This document shows positions 47,670 through 56,445 of a stretch of DNA of 64,000 nt, in pieces. The stretch is from the IMG/VR virus record IMGVR_UViG_3300037507_003993; one strand, given 5' to 3'. The notes under the pieces were generated by a model that saw only the letters and a program-made list of their open reading frames with translations, was not told the origin of the DNA and searched no databases. The stretch's first letter is position 1, and the number at the start of each line of letters is the position of its first letter. This DNA comes from an uncultured virus (IMG/VR IMGVR_UViG_3300037507_003993) (Duplodnaviria > Heunggongvirae > Uroviricota > Caudoviricetes). Both the position numbers and the translations under genes were made by a program.

Positions 47670-50525
47670 TTATCTCTTCGAGAAAATTCTGTCCATTTCG
47701 ATGTCTTCAATATTGCTATCCACATACGACGCATATATCGCGCGAGAAATAGCCTCAATCGAGTCATCATTCAATTCATGCGCTCCGAATACGTTAATTC
47801 CATTTTCGGCACGAGAAATATGTACGCCGTGGTATTCAGCAACAGTGTCAACCGCTTGTTTTACTTGCGATATGAGCTGAGGCTCAACCTTGATGAGAAT
47901 GGAATCATGAATCGTGCTTTGCAGAGCAGTTTTGACGGAAATGTCATTGCCTTCCGAAACTGAAACATATACAGAAGAGAGTGACTTTCTCCTATTTCTA
48001 AGCTGATTGGCAGCGGTTCTCATTCTTTCTGCCGCTAGTTCTTGTCTTATTGCCCGTCTGGCTTGAGCCACTGTCATTTCGTTTACTTCAGCCACCCTTT
48101 GAATTGCCCGTTCTTTGGCTCTTTCTGGGGCTCCAGAAGGGCTGTTTGGGTCATTTTCCATATCTCTCAACATGCTCAAAACCGTTCTTCTTCTGGTTCC
48201 CCTGGAAGACAGCGGTCCGCCTACTTTCATGGCGGGCTCTATTAATCTGTTTATGGTTGCTGCAATCTTTTCTGCTTCTTCATTGGTGACTCCGTTGTTG
48301 AGCGCAAGTCGAGTTAGCTCAGCGTCCATTTCTCTGCCGAGTTCCAAATCTTTCTTGGTCTGTTTTTTGGACACAGGGCCTTTTCTTGCGGAAATTCTTT
48401 CTTGAGCCGTGGCCATTAGTGTCGATATTTTGGCAGATGTTCGTTTTCTTTCTTGAGCCATATGGCGCTGTTCGGCTCGACGGATGTCAATTCTTTCTAC
48501 GCCGTATTTTTTTGCTACATCCTCAAGGGATGCTCCAGTCATTCTTTCTTTGTATATGGCTGCGTCAAATTTGCCGTTTCTCACATCGTTTGCCTTACCC
48601 ATGCGACCTGTGATGGTTGCAGGAACACCGGGTCTTTCCGGAACCCTCGTTGGGACCGACGGAGCGGGGGCTGGTGCGGGAGCCGGCTGTGGTGCTGGTG
48701 CTGGTCGAGGGATTTCATTTGGCTTAGGGATTCTGAGTGGTTTTTCTTCTCGTTCTGGAACTTCTTGAGGAACGGTTCGTGGTGGCATCATCTTTGGTGC
48801 CTTTGGCTTCTTGTATGGAACATTATCCCTACCATCGCGCCCAGTTCTGAATCCGTCACCATCTCCATCGAACTCTGATGGATTAACCATTCTCCTTGCC
48901 GAACGGCCAATACCACGAGCGCTGCGCGCGGCTCTTGCAATGGCCTTTTGTTCAACGTTCTCAATTGCTGTTATCACAGCATTTCGCGCGTCTTTTTCGT
49001 ACCAATCGATGTTTGGAACAACAAATCCATCGGCGAGTAGCTCGACGTCAAAACCGTGATACTCAGAAACGTTATTCGCTACTTCGTACATCTCCATGTT
49101 TTCTGTCTTGATGAAAAGATGGACACCCGGGTTGTTGTTCTTGAACTCTTCCCAACTTGAAAATGGGTCGGACTTTCCACCGCACGCTCCACCACATCCG
49201 CACCCTCCCGGCTTCGGCGCAGCGAGCATGTTCGGACTTTTTGGTATTGGTGCTCCAGATGTTTCTCCGTTTGAATCAACTGGAAGATAAATTGTTTCGA
49301 CTCTAACCTTTTGGGCTGGGCCAAACATGAAATCTGACTCATTTGGTGTGTGGTACGCAGCGCGCATTGTCTCAACCATTCCGTCTTTCATGAGGTCAAA
49401 CACAACGTTGTTGCTGTCTGCTTCGCGGACGGCGACTTCACCACCAAAGTGAGTTGAAATTGCTTTTGCGATTGAACCCATTCTTCCCATTGTTGGATTT
49501 TCGGATGGGTTCGCGATGGAATAGATTGAAATATTTTTTTCTTCCATCTCAACCTCACTTGACTTCTTCTTTGAATTCTCATAACGCTCAAGCATGCGAC
49601 GTCCTTTCGCTGCGAGTTTTGCTGCATCAGAAGCATCCTGTGGTACCGGCTCACCCCATGCGGCTGCAGAAAGCGCAAGGCGTGTTGGGCGACCCTTTTC
49701 ATCCTTCATTGGCCCAGATGGATTAGTGAAGAAGCGAGTTAGGAAAGAACCTTTTCTGCGCATTTTTTCTGGCGTATTTGCTGCTCCCTTAACTCCTGGC
49801 TTCAGATTTGCCCCTTCGGTGCGCTTGAAGTGTGCGCGACCAGCAGCAGTAAGGCCGCCCTTTGGGTCCCTGAGCTTTTCTCCTTTTTCCTCAATGGGAA
49901 CACAGTTTGGAACCATATTTCCATTCTTGCCCCTCTTCATCCCAACCTGCTTGTAGCCATCCCAACAAGGTCCGCCCTTGACTTCTTCGTTTTGCTTATC
50001 TGACTTGATTGAAATTGTTCCTGTGAGCTGATTTGCTCCATGCAATACAGGGCTGACTTCGTATAGTTCAACTTCTTTGAGCATGTTGGCTTGCTTTGTT
50101 GTGTCGAATACTGCGTCCAAAGTCTTGTACCCAATTGACCACTCTTGCTCTTCACCAAAAAATTTTACGTTTGCGAATGCTTCGCGACCACGTTCTGAAG
50201 CAAGGTTGAACTGTACTTTGGCAAACAAACCACCAATACCATTGGCTTTCATCTTCGCTGGAAGACGTGGGTCGTTTGGTCCAACTTCGTAAATTTCAAG
50301 AACTTTTCCAATTGGTTCGTTCCAGTTGTGGCCCCATACAACGCGAGGCTTGCGTCGTCCAAGAGAGCCATTGAAGCAACCAGGTAGGCATATGTCCCCT
50401 ACGCTGTCCTTATTGCCAATGCCCGCAACAAAACACTCAACTATTCCCTTTGATTCAATCGTGTTGATTTGCCCAGGAATCGCTTTGTATTGAGTTTCAG
50501 TAAAGTCATTGGCAATATTGCTCAT
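47670..50525 (-). CDS. HK97-family prohead protease with ~770-aa C-terminal extension
   Basis: GNKDSVGD, VWGHNW...PIG, WSIGY, LYEVSPVLHGAN; directly follows portal; start at MSNIAN. Confidence 0.88.
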   Translation of the reverse strand: MSNIANDFTETQYKAIPGQINTIESKGIVECFVAGIGNKDSVGDICLPGCFNGSLGRRKPRVVWGHNWNEPIGKVLEIYEVGPNDPRLPAKMKANGIGGLFAKVQFNLASERGREAFANVKFFGEEQEWSIGYKTLDAVFDTTKQANMLKEVELYEVSPVLHGANQLTGTISIKSDKQNEEVKGGPCWDGYKQVGMKRGKNGNMVPNCVPIEEKGEKLRDPKGGLTAAGRAHFKRTEGANLKPGVKGAANTPEKMRRKGSFLTRFFTNPSGPMKDEKGRPTRLALSAAAWGEPVPQDASDAAKLAAKGRRMLERYENSKKKSSEVEMEEKNISIYSIANPSENPTMGRMGSIAKAISTHFGGEVAVREADSNNVVFDLMKDGMVETMRAAYHTPNESDFMFGPAQKVRVETIYLPVDSNGETSGAPIPKSPNMLAAPKPGGCGCGGACGGKSDPFSSWEEFKNNNPGVHLFIKTENMEMYEVANNVSEYHGFDVELLADGFVVPNIDWYEKDARNAVITAIENVEQKAIARAARSARGIGRSARRMVNPSEFDGDGDGFRTGRDGRDNVPYKKPKAPKMMPPRTVPQEVPEREEKPLRIPKPNEIPRPAPAPQPAPAPAPAPSVPTRVPERPGVPATITGRMGKANDVRNGKFDAAIYKERMTGASLEDVAKKYGVERIDIRRAEQRHMAQERKRTSAKISTLMATAQERISARKGPVSKKQTKKDLELGREMDAELTRLALNNGVTNEEAEKIAATINRLIEPAMKVGGPLSSRGTRRRTVLSMLRDMENDPNSPSGAPERAKERAIQRVAEVNEMTVAQARRAIRQELAAERMRTAANQLRNRRKSLSSVYVSVSEGNDISVKTALQSTIHDSILIKVEPQLISQVKQAVDTVAEYHGVHISRAENGINVFGAHELNDDSIEAISRAIYASYVDSNIEDIEMDRIFSKR

Positions 50526-50609
50526 GTTGTGGCGCTTTCCATAGTGTTTATCCAATGATAAACAATTATGAGACAGTTCTGGCGAAACTATTCTCGAGTT
50601 TTAGTAAAG

Positions 50610-52898
50610 TCAGATTGAGAACGACAGTCTGCACCTGCAGTTAATTGTTAGGTGCGGCGGAGCCAGTGGGTCTCCTGGGAATCTAATGTCCTTGCCTGAA
50701 ACACTAAACGCCGAATCAATCGATGTTGTATTTCCGTCGAGCAATCTATGTTCCGGCCTGACCTGAGCATCCTTATTTGCAATCCAGGTCTTCGTCGATG
50801 CGCCTATCCCTTTGGCAGCATGATAAACGCCAGAGTTATAGGCAGTTTGGGACTCATGTTCCGCGATTATCCTGCGGCGCTTCGAAAGCAGGTTCATGAA
50901 TATTGCGAGCAAGGCTGCTTTCAACATTCCAACCCTATCCTCGTCATCGGCAAGAGCAAGAGCGATAAGAATTGCTGAAGCTATTTCATCTTTGGTTGTT
51001 GAATTTATTTTCTTCATTCGCTCCATCTGCGATTCGATATCTTGTTGCATCTCTTCTGAGTTTTCGTCCGCGGGCATTCCTGCTTGTTCGCTCACCAATC
51101 GCGTGGCATCAGCAGAAATACCTGCGATAACTGGCTTTACATCTTCTTCAAGCTGCTTATTCCAGACCTGCTCATCAAAGATGTTTTCTACAGTCAAGGT
51201 GCCAGAGGTGATTAGTTTTTTTGATTTTGCTCCAGAAGCTTTTTCCATCACGACACGCTGCTGTCGCTCCATGAATCTTTCAACATTTCTATCAAGAATT
51301 TCAACCCATCGGTCCGCGTTTTCAACGGCTTTTTGCTCCCACTCAGAAAGTTCTTTATTGGCAGACTTGAACTGCATTCCGTTATCAAACGCTGATAGTG
51401 CGGTCGGCGAAGCCATCACTGGTTGCTGCTGCCCCTGTCCTTCTGCGGCAAGCGCTTCAGTCATGGTGCTCGGTTTTTCATTAAAATTAACTAATTGAGC
51501 AGGTATCTCACCTGGCGCAGCCGGCTGTTCTGGTTGCCCTGTGGGTTCTTGTCCGGGTGCTGGTGGTTGTCCATCTGGAACCATTCCTGCCGCCGCAACA
51601 CCGGGCATTCCCGGCTGCGCGCCACCCGCAGCCGCCATTTGTGCTGCCTGTTGTGTTGAATCAAACTTCTTATCGGTGTATCCAATCGGCGTGAGGTTTG
51701 GATTGGCAAGCATTGCTTGCATTAGGTCGGAATCAATTTTCTTTCGACCCGTTTCTCTTCTGTATTCATTTCCACTAATGAGACCGTTCTGAAATTCATC
51801 AAGCAAATAACGTTCTCTTTCTTGCTTGTAAAGAACAAGAATTGGAACTTCCGAAGTGTCAAAGTCAATGTAGTACTCATCATCTAGCTCATCTAGGCCG
51901 CGCCCAATCAGCTCCATGTGCGGCAGCATTGTTTCATTCCAAAACACTCGATGCTCTTCTGCGGCATTACTGAAAGTTCTTCCTGATGCATTGCCGATGA
52001 CTGACTCTGGAACTCCGAAGGAAGCAAGAATTTCTTCTTTGGTGATTTGTCGCATCTGGATATAGTTGGCGTCACGAGGATTTGAGCCAGTGTCCACATA
52101 GTCGACACCTTCGTCTGATGAGACAACAGTCACTGCACCGGCGCGATTTATATTTCCACGGAAACGACTACGCAATTCATCTTTGTCGTCGTCATCTATT
52201 TCCCCTCGCACAACAAGCAAACCACCCGGCCTGCCGTCGTTGAGCAGGAAATTCCTGTTATAAATTTTTGAAAGATTTTCTATTTCAATAGCGACACCAG
52301 CTGATTCAAGTGGAGTCAGTGACAGATATGGGTCTAGGGGGTGAGGCTTGCGAATCCATATGACATCTTGCGGTTTTAGAATTGCTTTAGTGCCGTTCCG
52401 CATGTCCACTTCAAAACCTGCAATGAAATTTTTTGCATCTGGAATTGGGGATGTGTGTTGCGGTGGAAGAAGGTGTAGCGCTATGACTCCACCATTTCTC
52501 CCTCTGACCTTCTCAATAAATGCACCCCTGGTTGACATGAGTAGCTGAGAAGAAAGCCTGTATCTGAATACAAAAGAGTTTTCGCCAATATTTGCTTTAG
52601 TGTTTAGCAAATTGAGAATTTTATGGTCTCTGTTATTTTTTACAATTTTTCCGTCTGGAGAATTGTCTTCGCGGAGTATTGCTGGAAGTCTTGCTTGGTT
52701 TCCTGCTATTGCGTCAATACACCTATTAACCCATGTGACCTTCTGCATTCCCTCTCTGTATGCACGTTCGATATCCCAAGAGTCCCTATAGGGTTTGCCT
52801 TGAAGACCGGTGTTGTATGCAACTGGGGCGCCAGGTCCAATAGCGGACTTTTGCCCTGACGATGAAGCAGATTTGTTATTGGTTGAGTTCCAAGCCAT
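50610..52898 (-). CDS. HK97-family portal protein fused to C-terminal MuF-like (minor head) domain
   Basis: Portal motifs VNRCIDAIA, GLLVV, ILASFGVP, NEYRR; C-terminal KTW...VRPEH..LDG...FPGDP...INCRC. Confidence 0.88.
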   Translation of the reverse strand: MAWNSTNNKSASSSGQKSAIGPGAPVAYNTGLQGKPYRDSWDIERAYREGMQKVTWVNRCIDAIAGNQARLPAILREDNSPDGKIVKNNRDHKILNLLNTKANIGENSFVFRYRLSSQLLMSTRGAFIEKVRGRNGGVIALHLLPPQHTSPIPDAKNFIAGFEVDMRNGTKAILKPQDVIWIRKPHPLDPYLSLTPLESAGVAIEIENLSKIYNRNFLLNDGRPGGLLVVRGEIDDDDKDELRSRFRGNINRAGAVTVVSSDEGVDYVDTGSNPRDANYIQMRQITKEEILASFGVPESVIGNASGRTFSNAAEEHRVFWNETMLPHMELIGRGLDELDDEYYIDFDTSEVPILVLYKQERERYLLDEFQNGLISGNEYRRETGRKKIDSDLMQAMLANPNLTPIGYTDKKFDSTQQAAQMAAAGGAQPGMPGVAAAGMVPDGQPPAPGQEPTGQPEQPAAPGEIPAQLVNFNEKPSTMTEALAAEGQGQQQPVMASPTALSAFDNGMQFKSANKELSEWEQKAVENADRWVEILDRNVERFMERQQRVVMEKASGAKSKKLITSGTLTVENIFDEQVWNKQLEEDVKPVIAGISADATRLVSEQAGMPADENSEEMQQDIESQMERMKKINSTTKDEIASAILIALALADDEDRVGMLKAALLAIFMNLLSKRRRIIAEHESQTAYNSGVYHAAKGIGASTKTWIANKDAQVRPEHRLLDGNTTSIDSAFSVSGKDIRFPGDPLAPPHLTINCRCRLSFSI

Positions 52899-52907
52899 GT
52901 TTTATGA

Positions 52908-53072
52908 TTAATCCAGTCCGAGCAGCAGGCCAACAGCCCCACAGCACACGCCAGCCACTACGAATCCGACCGGAATGCTAAAAATAAACGCACCTGTTGT
53001 AGTCATAATTATAAATGACCCCATAAGGAGATTGGCAGCTCTTGCCCTAGTAAACCATTGTACTATTTTCAT
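52908..53072 (-). CDS. small membrane protein (54 aa, two hydrophobic segments) upstream of portal
   Basis: Not in ORF track; MKIVQWFTRARAANLLMGSFIIMTTTGAFIFSIPVGFVVAGVCCGAVGLLLGLD*; GAGGAG SD. Confidence 0.75.
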   Translation of the reverse strand: MKIVQWFTRARAANLLMGSFIIMTTTGAFIFSIPVGFVVAGVCCGAVGLLLGLD

Positions 53073-53151
53073 GTCTCCTCATCAAAAACAGAACATTGCA
53101 TAATTTAATACTAGTATGGTTTATCATTCTCGGCAGAGAGCAGGCTTATAA

Positions 53152-54456
53152 ATGACGAATTGGGACAAAGTTCTCGAATATCTAAAACCGAAGGAACCGC
53201 TTTATTGTCCTGAGGCGCCATCCATAACTCAGAAAGTATTTTTGCGTTCTTACTCCATAGAGGCATTATTCGGTGGGGCTGCTGGCGGAGGCAAGAGTTC
53301 AGCCCTACTCATGTCGGCCCTGCAATACGTTGACATCCCTGGGTATTCAGCGATTCTCTTCAGAAAGACTTACGCAGACCTCGCGCTCCCCGGCGCCCTA
53401 ATGGACCGATTCCGCTCATGGATTTCAAATTATGACGAAGTCCATTGGAATGGCAGCACCTATGTGGCCACCTTTCCGTCTGGGGCTCGAATATCATTCG
53501 GGTATCTGAACAACACCAATGACTACCTTCGATATAAAGGTTCGGAATTTCAATTTATTGGAATGGATGAGGTGACCGAAATCAGGGAATCTGATTATCG
53601 ATACCTGTTCTCTCGCTTGCGCCGACCAGCAACAGGCGAGCTTTCCAAGGTTCCGCTGAGGATGAGGGCGGCTTCAAACCCAGCACCCAACTGGGTCAGA
53701 CAAAGATTCATCGTGGAGGGAGCGGATTCTGGGAGGATTTTCGTTCCGTCGATGCTTACTGACAACCCCGGAATCGATGCTGACTCATATCGTCAGGCCC
53801 TGTCCGCCCTGGACCCGATTGAGCGCAGAAGGCTCGAGATGGGCGACTGGTGGGCTACTACTTTAGGAACTCTTTTTGATAGAACTAATTTTGTTGTTAT
53901 TGATTCCTCTGAAGTTCCACAGGTGTTGTCATCTGCGCGTGCCGTAAGATTCTGGGACTTGGCGGCCACCGAACCATCGTCTAGCAATCCAAACCCCGAC
54001 TACACCGTTGGAACACTGATGCTTTTCGACCAGGGCATTGCCTATGTTCTGGATGTGCGCAGACAGAGAGTTAAAAACGAAAAAGTAGAACAGCTAATTG
54101 CACAAACAGCTTATGAAGATGGTCACTCTGTTGCAATCAGGATGGAGCAAGAACCGGGTTCGTCTGGAAAGGCCCTAGTTGACCAATATGCCCGATATGT
54201 CGTTCCTGGGTATGATTTTCAAGGAATACGCTCCACTGGAGACAAGCTAACCCGTTCCCGACCCTTTTCCGCAGCGGTTGCAAATGGCAATGTCCGTGTC
54301 GTGCGAGGCTCATGGCTAACCGACTGGTTCGACGAATTTTCATCCTTCCCTGAGGCCTGTGACCACGACGACCAGGTGGACTCGGCGGTTGGAGCTTTTT
54401 CATTTTTAGCTGGTTTGGGGTTGCCGCAGCGGCGTCCGGTGTCTATAATCATCTGA
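53152..54456 (+). CDS. terL: terminase large subunit
   Basis: Walker A GGAAGGGKS, Walker B FIGMDE, ASNP coupling motif, nuclease WDLA...DY and HDDQVDS. Confidence 0.92.
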   Translation: MTNWDKVLEYLKPKEPLYCPEAPSITQKVFLRSYSIEALFGGAAGGGKSSALLMSALQYVDIPGYSAILFRKTYADLALPGALMDRFRSWISNYDEVHWNGSTYVATFPSGARISFGYLNNTNDYLRYKGSEFQFIGMDEVTEIRESDYRYLFSRLRRPATGELSKVPLRMRAASNPAPNWVRQRFIVEGADSGRIFVPSMLTDNPGIDADSYRQALSALDPIERRRLEMGDWWATTLGTLFDRTNFVVIDSSEVPQVLSSARAVRFWDLAATEPSSSNPNPDYTVGTLMLFDQGIAYVLDVRRQRVKNEKVEQLIAQTAYEDGHSVAIRMEQEPGSSGKALVDQYARYVVPGYDFQGIRSTGDKLTRSRPFSAAVANGNVRVVRGSWLTDWFDEFSSFPEACDHDDQVDSAVGAFSFLAGLGLPQRRPVSIII

Positions 54457-54485
54457 CAAAGTATCAACTAGAGCAAGGGGTATAT

Positions 54486-55004
54486 ATGAGTAACGAAAAC
54501 ATCACTACGTCCGAGTTTAAAGAACTTGTCGCAAAAATGACAGAGGACTTCATGACTTTGGATAAATTGTTCAAGGAAATGTGTTTGAGCGATGAACCGC
54601 TTTCCGAAGTTGCGGATGCAATGGTGAGCGTTCATGCTCTTAAGGCAGAAATGTCAGTTATGTACGACTCGGTTTGTCATTCCATGATTGGCAAAATGGC
54701 CAACGTCCCAGAAGTGTCATCTAGCGACGGAAGTTTAATCGAGAAAAAGGGTGGTTCTGACAGGAAGAAGTGGGACCACGAAGGCCTTGCAAAGAATGTT
54801 GCTAGTCGAATCAATGACATGGCGGTTGACCTTGATACTGGAGAGGTAATCATGACCCCACAGGACATGATGGTAAAGATGCTCGACTTTGCAGCAGTTT
54901 CATACTGGCGAATAAAAGAACTTGCCAAAATTGGAGTATCTGCAGATAGCTTTTGTGAAGTGAGCGAATCCAAAACAAGCATTATCGTACGAAAGGCAAA
55001 ATAA
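54486..55004 (+). CDS. hypothetical protein
   Basis: 172-aa ORF in recombination cluster. Confidence 0.7.
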   Translation: MSNENITTSEFKELVAKMTEDFMTLDKLFKEMCLSDEPLSEVADAMVSVHALKAEMSVMYDSVCHSMIGKMANVPEVSSSDGSLIEKKGGSDRKKWDHEGLAKNVASRINDMAVDLDTGEVIMTPQDMMVKMLDFAAVSYWRIKELAKIGVSADSFCEVSESKTSIIVRKAK

Positions 55005-55006
55005 CA

Positions 55007-55663
55007 ATGACAAACATCTACTCCCAACTAACCGAGCCATTTCCACAAGAAATGGAGCGCTCCCTCAATAAGGGTGGTGCCAATCTCGCATACATTCCGG
55101 TGAGCGAAGTTATTAATCGCATGAACAAAATCTTAGGAGTTGAAAACTGGTCGTTCACTGTAAAGAACTGGCAACAACTTGGTAATTCGATTGTCGCTCA
55201 TGTTTCTGTCGTGACAACTATTTCTGGCAACACCGTAACGCGTGATGGTGTTGGGGGACAAAAAATCAAGATGACCAAGCAGGGCGAACCAGTGGATATT
55301 GGCGACGAGGTCAAGGGCGCTGTTTCTGATGCCCTTAAAAAAGCCGTGCAGACAATGGGTGTGGGTCTTTACCTTGCTCGCAGTCAAGACGCCATCGAAA
55401 TTGAACAGGTAATGGAGGCCGAGATAGTTACTGCCTCGGAGCCACCTTCGCCATCAAAGATGACCTGGGAAAGCTTCATGTCTGTAAGTAAGGGTTTGAG
55501 CAAAGACCAAAAGGAACAGTTGCGTTCTGCGTGGACACAGTGGAGCGACGGCAAGCCAACACCCACAAAAGACACCGTTACCGAAGAACAGGCAAATTTT
55601 CTCCTTACAGAAGCAACTCGTTTAACATTTGGTGGGACAATCATAGAAACGCCTGCCAAGTGA
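55007..55663 (+). CDS. Rad52/22-like (Sak-type) single-strand annealing protein
   Basis: LAYIPVSEVINRMNKILG..NWSF...KGAVSDALKKA...GVGLYL. Confidence 0.8.
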   Translation: MTNIYSQLTEPFPQEMERSLNKGGANLAYIPVSEVINRMNKILGVENWSFTVKNWQQLGNSIVAHVSVVTTISGNTVTRDGVGGQKIKMTKQGEPVDIGDEVKGAVSDALKKAVQTMGVGLYLARSQDAIEIEQVMEAEIVTASEPPSPSKMTWESFMSVSKGLSKDQKEQLRSAWTQWSDGKPTPTKDTVTEEQANFLLTEATRLTFGGTIIETPAK

Positions 55664-56445
55664 GCGATGTAAAACCAGAGCTTCCAGCACACCTTTCAGC
55701 TTCGTCAATTCAAACGTACATTCAGTGTCCGCTGAAGTTTAAGCTGTCTCGTGTCGACAAAATTCAAGAGCCGCCAACGATGCAGACATTGTTGGGAAAT
55801 TTCGTACACGATGTGCTGGAGCATTTCTACGTCGCCTATCAGCCGGAAGAGAGGACTGTTGTGTCTGCTCGACACGCATGTACTCACGTATGGTCCAGTG
55901 GCGGTTGGGCAGACAGGGTTGCCCCTTATCTGAAGAGAACGCCAATCAACGATTTTCGATGGAGCGCATGGTGGTGCGTGGAGAACATTTTCCTTCTTGA
56001 AAACCCGTCTCTGGTTCAGCCATCTGGAATCGAATACGAAGTCCTTGGCGAGATAGATGGCGTTCTTATTAAGGGATTCATCGACAGGTGGACGGAAATC
56101 GATGGGGTTGTGACAATCACGGACTACAAAACCGGAAAAACTCCAGCGCCTAAGTACATGGCGGATAAATGGTTTCAGCTCAGCCTTTACGCGATTCTTC
56201 TTGCCGAATTAGAGAATAAGCAATCATTCAACCTGGAGCTCTTATACCTAAAAGACGGTGTTGCGAAAAAACATTTGCCAACTGCAGATGATTTTTCAAG
56301 CACGAGAAATACAATAACAACAACAAAGAAGGAGATAGTAAATTCTTATGACAATTCAACATGGACAGCGATTCCATCAAACCTCTGCAATTGGTGTCAC
56401 TTCAAGTCAAATCTCTGTACATATTGGAACCCAAAAGATGAATGA
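55660..56445 (+). CDS. RecB/Cas4-like PD-(D/E)XK exonuclease
   Basis: LSASSI...CP, GFIDR, DYKTGK, QLSLY, LCNWCHF; GTG start overlapping upstream stop. Confidence 0.85.
   Translation: MSDVKPELPAHLSASSIQTYIQCPLKFKLSRVDKIQEPPTMQTLLGNFVHDVLEHFYVAYQPEERTVVSARHACTHVWSSGGWADRVAPYLKRTPINDFRWSAWWCVENIFLLENPSLVQPSGIEYEVLGEIDGVLIKGFIDRWTEIDGVVTITDYKTGKTPAPKYMADKWFQLSLYAILLAELENKQSFNLELLYLKDGVAKKHLPTADDFSSTRNTITTTKKEIVNSYDNSTWTAIPSNLCNWCHFKSNLCTYWNPKDE

Noticed and set aside
15457..48614. GxM motifs as internal translation starts (GGA as SD) or as a DNA repeat/recombination site
   Set aside because: The Gly codon is only 3 nt from the ATG, too close for an SD, and it varies (GGC, GGA, GGT, GGG); the other codons vary too, so there is no nucleotide repeat.
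14879..52942. Many 60-220 aa ORFs overlapping the long minus-strand genes
   Set aside because: Fully nested in long ORFs with recognisable domains; no motifs of their own.
54684..54698. MIGKM as a GxM site outside the head locus
   Set aside because: Does not fit the first two positions of the consensus and lies within a small protein; likely chance.
55660..56445. Cas4-like nuclease as sign of a CRISPR system
   Set aside because: No repeat-spacer array or other cas genes seen; it sits beside a Rad52-like annealer as a normal phage recombination pair.
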